A stretch of DNA of 64,000 nt from Tubiluchus corallicola (Eukaryota > Animalia > Priapulida), in NCBI GenBank assembly GCA_030141605.1, contig JAQGDQ010000039.1, positions 746,441 through 810,440 of the forward strand, in the 5' to 3' direction. The position numbers were made by a program, and so were the translations under genes. Every line of letters begins with the position of its first letter. Position 1 is the first letter of the stretch. Of this stretch, positions 46,386-56,800 are shown one piece after another. Below the pieces are notes generated by a model, which saw only the letters and a program-made list of their open reading frames with translations, did not search any database and had not been told where the DNA came from.

Positions 46386-49344
46386 GTTGTACCTATCTTG
46401 TGAAAGGAAACAAGGTGTGGTGTTAGGTGGTGGTCAGCAAGATTTTAACTCTGACAATTTGAAGTTTTTGTAGCAGAAAAATTCTTGATCCCACACCTTC
46501 AAAGGTTGATTCTTGATGGTGAAGCTACTTGGAAATTATCGGTGACCGTTATATATGGGAAATTTTTGCTTAAAATTTCCCGCAAGGTGTTTCTGAATAC
46601 GTGAGTCGTGTTTAAACAACTCGTGACTTTTACAACTTTTCTGTTTATCCTGCCATAAATCAGCTGTGCAAATGGTAAGACATATTTATTACAATACTAG
46701 TGCAAAGTACATAAATTGATATTCAAGTTGAAAACATGGGCCCAAAGAAGGAAACAAAGGCAAAATCCTCAACTCAGGCAAGAAAATCCAGCTCAATTTC
46801 TGTTAATGATTCTACAGACTTTCAGGCTAGTGAGTTGTTGGTATCAACAGGGAATCTTGTCCTTGTAAATTGTGTGGTGAGAATGTTGACGATAATACTA
46901 AAACATTGTGCTGTGACTATTGCGAGTTGTGGTCATGCACAAAGTGTCTGAACTTGTTATTTTTTAAAGATTTACATCAGCATGTTGCTGAGCCAACTCG
47001 AGCTAGGGGTGATAATAAACGAAGTGTATTAGACCTTATTATCACAAATGAAGAGAACACGATTTCGGAGCTGGAATACCTGGATCCACTAGGTTTAAGT
47101 GATCATTCAGTGTCATGTTTCAATTTTGTAAGTCAGGTACCAATGAGCTCTAATGTTTAAGAATTTTCTGACTACAACAGAACTGATTTTAATGTCGTTC
47201 GAGAGGCAGTAAAAAATATCACATGGCATTTTCCTGATTATGACGTAAATAAAGTATGAGAACGTTTTGAAACTGAAGTAGGCAAAATTAACGATGAACT
47301 TGTGAATAAATAAAAGGTGAACAGTAGTAAAAGATATAAAGCACCATTAGATGAGAACTGTCGGCAGCTGCTGCGAGAGAAAAGGAGACTATGGAAAAGG
47401 TATTGTAGGATGCATACGGAGGACAGCAGAAAGGAGTACAACCGAGCTAGGAATCAAGTAACTAAAGAAATAAGGAGCCAGAGAGCTCGGTTTGAAGAAA
47501 ATATTTGATGTTGAAACAAATCCTAAGGCAGTTTGGAAGTATATTAAATCTAAGTACAATATAAAAGAAGGAATTGGTGAGCTTCATAGAGTGCCGAATG
47601 AAACTACATCTGAGCTTGTAACTAGCAGTGAAACAAGAGCAGAGATCTTATCTGGTTACTTTGCAAGTGTGTTTGTGTTAGAGGACTCTAACCTTCGGAT
47701 ACCAAATTTTGAAAAGAGGAGGCCAGTTTATGGTATGCACCAGTTAGAAATTAATGAGGAAGAACAGTTGAAAAAGTTAAATATATCAAAATTAGAAGGG
47801 CTAGATGGCATGCACCCACAATTGTTAAGAGAATTAGCAGACGCAATTAAAGCCTTTAACTATGATTTTTAATCATTCGCTTGTTACAGGAGTTTTACCA
47901 CAAAAATGGAAAGAAGCCAGAATATCTGCGATACACAAAAAGGGTAATAGAAAAACGGCAAATAACTATCGTCCTGTATCTCTAACAAGTGTTAGAAGTT
48001 CTCGAGAAGTTCTTAAGGGACCACATTCTGGAGCATCTGCTGATAAACAATTAGTAATAAGCAATATGGGTTTCTGCCAGGATGATCAACAAGCCTACAG
48101 CTCCTACAAGTAATGGAGATGAGGACTGAAGCATTGGATTGTGGAGAAAACATGGATGTCGTGTATATGGACTTTGAAAAAGCATTTGATAGAGTGCCCC
48201 ACAAAAGGTTATTGTGTAAGTTGAGCGCATATGGGATTGAGGAAGGTATAGTTACATGGATAGCAGATTTTTTGAGAAATAGGAAGCAAAAAGTCATCGT
48301 ACAGGGATGTAGCTCAAGTTGGCGAAATGTAGAGGCAGCGTCCTCGGTCCAATATTATTTCTCATCTACATCAATGATCTTCCAGAACAAGTAGTGTCTG
48401 AAATCTTTCTGTTTGCGGATGATACAAAACTGTTTAATATAACTGAATCACAGCAGGATAGGGAAAACATTTAAGAAGATCTTCATAGTATGACTAAATG
48501 CAGTAAAGAATGGTTGTTAGCTTTTCATCCTGGTAAATGTAAGGCGATGAATATAACACCTAGGAAAAAAAATAATCCAACTTCTGATTACACACAGGTT
48601 AGAGATGAAATTAGTTACCGGATACCATGGGTTGAGTCAGAGAAAGACGTTGTATTTATTTTGATAGATTGCTCACATTTGAACATCACATCCAGGAAAA
48701 GATAAGCAAAGCTAAGAAGATGGTGGGTATAATAACTAGAGCTAATGCTACTTTGACAAATAGTATGTTCATCTGTCTGAACAAAGTCCTCGTTAGGCCT
48801 CACTTGGAGTTTTCAAGCTCAGTATGGCCCCCATCAATGGTCAAATATATAGATCAGCTAGAACAAGTACAAAGATATACGACAAGAAAGCTTAGTAACT
48901 TGAAAGAATTATCGTATACTGACCATCTAAAGTTCCTTAAATTGTCAACACTAGCTTACAGGAGACTGAGAGATGACATGATTGAGGCTTATAAGATCTT
49001 AACGAATATATATGATAAAGCTGTAAGCCAACAGTTGAAATTGAGATTGCAGGTGGCCAGATCAATCACCAGAGGCCATTCACTAAAGCTATATAAATTT
49101 AGATCAAAAAAGTGTATAGGAATGACTCGTAGATGCATGGAATAGTTTACCCAACGATGTGATATACGCACCAAGTGTAGATGTATTTAAGAGAAGGTTG
49201 GACAAGCACTGGGCTGGGAAAGAGATAGTCTACAAATACAAGGCCTCCTTTGAGGATACTGATACGAATATATATACACGTTTTGGTTAGAACAACTTAG
49301 CCAAAACAACATAGGGTTACATAACGTCATAAGGTAAGGTAAGG
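46386..49344 (+). mobile_element. Decayed CR1-clade LINE (PHD ORF1 fragment fused to APE-RT ORF2 remnants, many frameshifts and stops)
   Basis: PHD-like CKLC...CDYCELWSCTKC (~46862-46950); endonuclease C-terminus QHVAEPTR...LDLIITNE...LGLSDH; NYRPVSLTS; RT motifs VYMDFEKAFDRVPH, SVLGPILFLIYINDLP, LFADDTKL; RPHLEFSSSVW; TRGHSLKL; WNSLPNDVI...FKRRLDKHW; 3' (AAGGT)3 tail near 49331-49345. The 5' boundary is tentative, based on a candidate TSD TATACAA. Confidence 0.9.
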
Positions 49345-49429
49345 TATACAACAGGAGTTTCAATTGATAATGTTATAATACAAGTGAATGTAGTGCTGAA
49401 AGCATTCAATGTTCTGTGTGTAAGCGAAC

Positions 49430-49717
49430 GAAGGTTATCAGCAAATTTTTAAAAAGCAGAAAAATACCGTACCGCACCAAAAATGGCACGACCTACCACT
49501 TAGAACTAATCAGGCCAGAAGCACGACTTGTTTCTCGATCCTAGTTTGAGAAATATGACGACTCTTTGGCAAGATTTTTTGTACAGTGAGCACTTTGTAA
49601 GAATTTGCATACTGCTCATTTTGATTCGGCGTGTTTGATCGGTCGACAAACCAATAAAGGATAGAGATTGACAATTATCAACTAATTTTGTTAAATTTCT
49701 TTACCATTCCTCCAGTT
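49430..49717. promoter_or_regulatory. Putative NOP2 promoter, possibly bidirectional with DHPS
   Basis: Locally CpG-enriched relative to the introns, with CCAAT at 49651. On the minus strand there is a donor-like AAGTG|GTAGGT at ~49496. Confidence 0.4.
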
Positions 49718-51856
49718 ATGGGTAGAAAACGAGATCCCACGTTCGTAGACAAGAAAGGACCAGGGAGAAAGGCGAGAAAGCAAAAGGAACCAACTTTGCC
49801 AAGAACGTTCACGCAAAAAAAGAAGGATAGTTCCGACGAGAGGCTAGGCAGAAGAGCAAAGAAGCGGTTACTGAAACGACTAAATAAAGAGGAACCTCTA
49901 AAAAAGCAGTACAAGCTTAGCAAAATTGTAGACGATGATCATTCTGATGTTGGTGAAATTGGTATGCTTGCAGATGACATTACTGTAGATCAAGACAGTC
50001 GAAAACCGTCAACATCGCAACTGTCGTTCTTACAGGATGCTGGCGCTAGTGGTAAGAGCGACAGCGACTTGCCAGATGACGATTTTGGTGATTCAGACAG
50101 TGAAAAAAACAAAGAAGAGGATGAAGACCGTGAAAGAGATGCGAAAATTAGCAGCTACGACACGTATGTTGATGATGATGATGATGAAGATGATGATGAT
50201 GACGACAATTTGTTGCCAGTAGAAAAAGCTGCTGCAAAGCTAAAGAAAAAACAGCAAGACGACAGAAAGTTGGGAGATGAGGAACTCCAAACTAATGTGT
50301 TGAAGACGGAAACATTTGTGCTTCCAAGTGGCCAAGAAGTAGAAAAACAAAGCTCGCAACCTCCAGATTTAGCTCTTATTCAACAACGAATTAAGGATGT
50401 ACTTTTTGTTTTAGGAGACTTCAAAAACAGACGCGATAATCAAAGGCCTCGAAAAGATTATTTGAGTCAACTGAGAGCGGATCTTTGCTTGTACTACGGC
50501 TACAACGAATTTCTTATGGACAAATTTCTGCAGCTTTTTCCATTAACAGAGTTGTCAGAGTTTCTGGAGGCAAATCAGGTGCAACGTCCAGTAACAATTC
50601 GTACCAATACGCTGAAAACTCGGAGAAGAGATCTGGCTCAGGCACTGATAAATCGAGGTGTGAATCTTGATCCAATTGGCAAGTGGTCAAAAACTGGACT
50701 TGTCATCTATGACTCACAAGTGCCCATAGGTGCAACACCAGAATATTTAGCAGGCCACTATTTGATACAGTCTGGTGCAAGTTTCTTGCCAGTGATGGCT
50801 CTAGCTCCACAAGAGAATGAACGTGTACTTGACATGTGTGCTGCACCAGGTGGTAAAACAACTTACATAGCATCATTAATGAGAAATACTGGTATGATAT
50901 TCGCTAATGACTCCAGTAAGGACAGATCAAAGGCTATCATTGGCAACATTCATCGAATGGGTGTTTCTAACTGTGTTGTTTCTCATTATGATGGCCGTCA
51001 TTATCCGAAAATTATGCGTGGATTTGACAGAGTGTTACTCGATGCTCCGTGCAGTGGTACGGGTGTCATTGCCAAAGATTCATCAGTTAAAACAAATAAG
51101 GACGAGAAAGACATTCAGAGATGTTCACATATACAGAAAGAACTGATTCTTTCAGCTATTGATTGTTGTGATGCAAAGTCAACGACTGGTGGGTATGTTG
51201 TCTATTCCACATGTTCAGTTACAGTTGAAGAAAATGAATGGGTAATAGATTTTGCTTTGAAGAAACGTAGTGTGAAGCTAGTACCTACTGGGCTTGATTT
51301 TGGACAGGAAGGATTTTCAAAATATCGGGAATTTCGGTTTCATCCAAGCTTAAATTATACACGGCGATTCTATCCACACATTCATAATTTGGACGGATTC
51401 TTTGTGGCTAAGCTGAAAAAGCTCTCTAACACTGTATCTGTCACCACAGAGCAAGAAGCAAAAGTTAAGAATTCTGATGGCCAGAAAAATGATAAAGCTG
51501 ACAAAGATGATAATGACACAGATGATGATGAGAAGACTAATGCTGAGAATGGTGCCAAGGCATTAAGTAAATTGAAATCACCTGCAGCGAAAAAACGTGT
51601 AAAACGTAAAGCTTTGCAGACAAGAATGCAGGAAGACAGTGATTTAGCAGTTGGTCGGTCACTGTCGATTACAAATACAGACTTTCACATTACACAAGCA
51701 TCAGTGAAACAAAGTTCATCACCTAAGAAAAAACACACATTGTTTCCGCCTCGGAACAAATGGAGCAAAAAGAGCAGCACTGGCAAGGCTATGGGTCGTG
51801 GTGAACTTAAACAAAAAGAAAGGGCAAATACATTTAAGAATATTAAAAGAAAGTAG
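49718..51856 (+). CDS. NOP2: NOP2/NSUN1 25S/28S rRNA cytosine-C5 methyltransferase, single exon, ~712 aa
   Basis: One uninterrupted ORF. The true start is probably the ATG at 49718 (MGRK...KGPGRKARKQ). It has an acidic low-complexity N-region, RTNTLKTRRRDLAQALINRGVNLDP, GATPEYLAGHY, the SAM motif LDMCAAPGGKT, both catalytic Cys motifs (LDAPCSGTG, YSTCS), RRFYPHIHNLDGFFVAKL and a basic C-tail. Confidence 0.96.
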   Translation: MGRKRDPTFVDKKGPGRKARKQKEPTLPRTFTQKKKDSSDERLGRRAKKRLLKRLNKEEPLKKQYKLSKIVDDDHSDVGEIGMLADDITVDQDSRKPSTSQLSFLQDAGASGKSDSDLPDDDFGDSDSEKNKEEDEDRERDAKISSYDTYVDDDDDEDDDDDDNLLPVEKAAAKLKKKQQDDRKLGDEELQTNVLKTETFVLPSGQEVEKQSSQPPDLALIQQRIKDVLFVLGDFKNRRDNQRPRKDYLSQLRADLCLYYGYNEFLMDKFLQLFPLTELSEFLEANQVQRPVTIRTNTLKTRRRDLAQALINRGVNLDPIGKWSKTGLVIYDSQVPIGATPEYLAGHYLIQSGASFLPVMALAPQENERVLDMCAAPGGKTTYIASLMRNTGMIFANDSSKDRSKAIIGNIHRMGVSNCVVSHYDGRHYPKIMRGFDRVLLDAPCSGTGVIAKDSSVKTNKDEKDIQRCSHIQKELILSAIDCCDAKSTTGGYVVYSTCSVTVEENEWVIDFALKKRSVKLVPTGLDFGQEGFSKYREFRFHPSLNYTRRFYPHIHNLDGFFVAKLKKLSNTVSVTTEQEAKVKNSDGQKNDKADKDDNDTDDDEKTNAENGAKALSKLKSPAAKKRVKRKALQTRMQEDSDLAVGRSLSITNTDFHITQASVKQSSSPKKKHTLFPPRNKWSKKSSTGKAMGRGELKQKERANTFKNIKRK

Positions 51857-53873
51857 AGATCTCAGACCTTCGCTGGTAATGAGTCATGTTTCATCAGTTG
51901 CTTCTGTAAGTTTTTCGTAAATAGGAATTTTTAAGATGATTTGTCTTTGTTTAAAGTTTTTGATAATTTTTACAATTATGTAATAATAAGTAAGTAAAAA
52001 ATTGCATGAATTGTGCAGTGTGCACACGTGACTGGCAACAGATACATTCAAATCTCTTTACATCGCTTACTTTAGGATTGCAAAAAAGTTGGTGTTAAAC
52101 GAGTTTGGCAGTATAACAAGGTGCATAATACCTACATGTCCATGCAGATGTAATAATTTTGTTTTGCAGAAAAATTTGGGCATTATAATGAGGTGTATAA
52201 CAAGATTTGACTGCATTTGATACTGGGTGGTGTTTTCTATACACCTCACTTACACTGCTCATAGCAACACCACATTAATAATACAGTGGCGTGCATCAAA
52301 CGGCACTTCTTGCTGTTGTGAAATAGGCTGTGGCTTGACTAGAACTAGTTTATCATCAAAGGTAATTCCTCTCGTATTGGACACAACACGAGGTGTTTTA
52401 ACTCGTGATTTGATATATATAATACTTTCATTCTGTGAAAATATAGGTAGTGTGGCAGTTCACAAAACCTGTTTTGCCTGATTAGTCGTCCTTTTATACT
52501 ATGTAGTATGTAATGTTACGTGTATGTACATATTTAATACGTTCTGCACACATAGTTTTATCTACTTAGTGCTATATTATTAATACTATATAATGTACTT
52601 ACCATTAGTGTTAATGTACATCCGGTCTAATGAGCACCCATGTGTTACCAATAATATAGCAACAAACGAATGCGTTGATAAAACACGTTGCATGGCTTCT
52701 GTAGTGGTGAGCATGCTCTACCAGAAGAACGAAATCGAATCGAATTTATGACTTACAAACTCGAATCAAACTAAATTTTGAGGTTTTGAATCCGAATTTG
52801 GATTCGGTTTTAAAGATTTCCAAACAAATTCGCGAATCGTTAATAAAAGGCAGTCTCACGTTGGTCATGCATATTACTGGACATTTTTCTGCAATAAAAA
52901 TGCTAATAATACATGTATGTGCACAGAAATCGTATCTAAACTGTACTGATTGTGTAATGTTTCAAACATTTTAATGGTAAAGAACATAATTTAGTTGAAG
53001 TGCTAATTTATTGGAATTCATACATTCAGATTCCAATTGAATTTGAAGTAAGAAACTGGTTTGAATTAAATTTGAACTTTCAATGTTTATGCATGCCTTG
53101 ATTAGCTTCTCTGTCTTTACAGTCAGCATGAAAATTCAGTTTGTAATCATTACTGAAACTATAAGTTTACACAGGTTTTGAATTCCCATGGAAGTAGTAT
53201 TACAGCTAAAAGTTAGCATTTTAGGATTTGAGTTTTTCGTTATTTTAATCTCAATGGAAATGCCTGATAAAAACTGATATGGTTAGGTAGAGAATGTCAC
53301 AGACTTCACTGTCTAACTGTAGTATGCTATAAATTTTTTTGCCATGGTCATTTGCAATATGCTTGCCTAATTGGGCATCCATGCTCAGTAGGCTGCATAA
53401 AAAACAAATTTAATTAAGGCATTTGTGTATTTATGTAATTGCATAATTATGGTGTCATAACGATAACATTAGACATATATTACTAATAAAAAGTAGGATA
53501 AAAATCAAGATGCTATTTTTAGTATTCATTCTTACTGACGAGTTTGTGCTTGTGAAGTGCAGCGTGAACCATAGATATATTCTCAATTTTTTTAGAACTT
53601 ATAAGATTTCTCCGCTTGCCTCAAGCAATGAAACTGAGAAAGTCAAGAAAATTTGATAATAAATTTTATTCATATATTGCTTAGATTTCTTCAGCTTATG
53701 ATGTGTTCCTCGCCAACGTTCTTAATTACAATATATCTGCTAGAAATGCAGAAGGAGAATCATTTGCTTATGAGCTTCTTGTGAATTGCAACCTCCTTTC
53801 CTACCTGTTTGTTTGGTGTGTTTTAAGCATGCTCATGATCTTGTTATTGTGAATAAAAACATTAGAAGGTATC

Positions 53874-56800
53874 ATGAATTCACCACAAAAGCTGAAGTAT
53901 GATAACTTCAGTAGAAATGAACCCAGTTACAACTGGGTGAATATTACGTCAGACTTTTTTAAATCATGCGAAGGTATAATAAATTTAATTTATTATGTCA
54001 AAAGAACTTTGTAGTAAGATAGTATGATTAATATTTGAAAGAAAATTATATAAGAATAATTGCTGAAGTGTAGTATGAACCCTGGTAATTAAAAGTAATA
54101 AATTTGTAATTTAAAAATGACAGCCATCACCCACTTAAGAGAAGACATGGCTTTCCGACTCGTGGCCGCTGGCTGACATTTTTGTTCTGAGAATTCGTTT
54201 TCCCCATCACCAATCAATTGGCATTGTATATCACATGGTGGTCATTATTACATTGAAAAGTGTCAGATAACAATTGGATTTTTTGTTTAGCTGTAATTTT
54301 GTGCAACATGTGGACCTCAAGAACTTCTAGTTCTACTTTTTAAAAGGATATAGGGTTGGTTACAAGAATTCAAGGTGTTTACCGTAAATGTAGTAATTTG
54401 TCGTACTTAACTTTTATTTATCTGTTATATTCTATATTAGAAGTGGGATGAAAAAATATAATTCCGATGATAAAAATGTAGTTCGGGCCTATGTCATTTG
54501 GTACTTATTTTCCGAGGTCAGTCATTAAAACAGCAGTTACATTTGGATTATACTGTACTGTGAGTATGGTATCATGTATCACTGAATTTTATTAAAGATG
54601 GCCAATGACACCAGACAGTCTCATTGTTGTTTATAAAGTGACAAAGTGGTCTGATGGGCCAACTGTAAGGGCAGAATCAGTTTGACACAAAACATTAATG
54701 GAAACAACTTGGTGAAAATGAACATTTTGTATCGGTTTAAAGATCATATATGTACTCCATAATGTCATAATATTATGTACTCCATAATCTAAAGTGTTTA
54801 TAAGTGTTAAGAAAATTACAACAAATAATCATACATCCTTGTAGAAAATTGCAATTATTAAGTACTGCAATAAAAATCTGTGCTGCGAGCAATGCAGATT
54901 TTTTTCTACTAGAGATTACTTGTCAATTCCTGCAGCATATGTATGATCCACTGGTCGCCCAGTAGTGCCTATGGCTTTAGTTACTTTTCTTTTGCTGTTT
55001 CAGAATTGCAGCTAGGAGAGCTTGTACATGACAAATAGTAAGTTCAGATAAATTATTTTGTTACGATAACTGTTTCTAAATTGTTAGACTTACCAGAAGG
55101 CTGCCTGCTCTAAATCTAGGTCAACTTGTGTGCATAAAACAAAAATAAAAATTGTTGGTATGTGTAAAAATATAGTAAGCAACATCATGAGGTTGTAGCA
55201 GTCCATTTATTTTAATTTTAAAATTTTGTTTGCTGTATGGCTATAGGCATATAACATTAGTGGCACGCTTCTCAGTTCTGACATAATGCGTGTCTGTGAC
55301 TGTGGCCAAAGTCATTGCCATTAGTTTTTATTCATCTCTGCCAACTTCACGCTCTAGGCTTTTGGTACATTGCATGAACTTGGGAGTACACTGAACTATC
55401 ATAACAATAATTACAATAGACTGATGATGAGGCGAGCAAAAAACCAAGTAGTCCTTAAATCCGTAAAAGGACTATAATTGGATTTAAGGAACAGTAATAC
55501 TGAATAGATAATCCGTTAAAAGAGGGTGATACATTTACATCACATCTCATTTGTAATAAACAGTCAGTAAACCCATTCACATTGAACAATTTAAACATAT
55601 CTCTGCTATTTTATATGTAGAACAATATGTAGAAAGTGACTGAGAAACAAGCAGTACCCTACAAAACATGTTTATTTATACAGTACACAACGAATTACAA
55701 GGTTAACAACCAACATGCACAAATTCTATATATATATATATATAAATGTATGAAAAGTTCAGAACATACATAGCAGTGTGGGATACTGACTATCTGAGGT
55801 TCGGGTCCAAAATTGTTTTAGCAGACTTGCTCGGTGTAACTAGAATGGAATGGACATTCAAGGAATGTTCAATTGCGAAAAATATCCAGCATTACAAGGT
55901 CCACAGTAATGAGAGCTTAGAGTTGAATGTACTTTTGTTCAAAATATCAAAGATTATTAACACAATCAGTCCTTCAGAAATGATAGTTTTATCATATTTT
56001 ATCAATTAATGTGAAGAAATGGCGACATTATAATAAGATGAAATGTGCGATTTTTTTCAGTTTTGGTTTGTTCGAAGCCATGTCGGCAATTGAGATGATG
56101 GATCCCAAGATGGATGCTGGTATGCAGCATCACAATCAAACCATTCTCGGATTCAACAAATCTGTTGCTGTGAGCAGCTGTTCTTAAAATTGTTTAGAGT
56201 TACCATTTACTGGAATTCTGAAATGTGTCTTCACTCTAGTGTCTGTTCTCTTCCTTTTTGAAGATAACCTTTATTTTGTCTTCTGTTAATTCTATGAGCA
56301 TTTTTTATTTGCATCTATGCATTGGAAGTTATGCCAGCTGATACATCTTATGTTTCATGTGTTTTTAGTAATTATGCCTTTTAAAACTTGGTTTTGATAC
56401 TTTATATCATTTTTCCTGGTGCGATGAAACTTTTACTTATCCAGTAAATTAGAAACTGTTTATCTCTTTTGCAACTAACCTTGTTTTGAACATCATCTCT
56501 CAGAATTAAAATTGTTAAGTTTTTGTTTACATTTTGCAGTTGAACAAGTTGAAGATCCGTGACGTCAGCATGGCTGAGTTGATCGGCATCATTGATGACA
56601 CCTATGCATGCTTGGTAATAATTTTTTTACACACAGTTACAGCTAACGTGCTCGACTAACATATGTATGACATATATATAACAACTTAACAAATGTGTTC
56701 GAAATAACTTTGTGAGATGGGAGTTCTGTTTTATATAAATTGTTATATACATGAGCATGGTTGTTGTAATACAAAATCATTTCGAGCACATTTATTAAGT

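Noticed and set aside
49688-49717. N-terminal extension MLNFFTIPPV of the 722-aa ORF
   Set aside because: It starts at TTG, an artefact of bacterial-style ORF calling. The family N-terminus begins at MGRK (49718).
55452-55490. 11-bp perfect inverted repeat TCCTTAAATCC/GGATTTAAGGA as a terminator or structured RNA
   Set aside because: It is in a eukaryotic intron, is short, and is most simply a MITE remnant.
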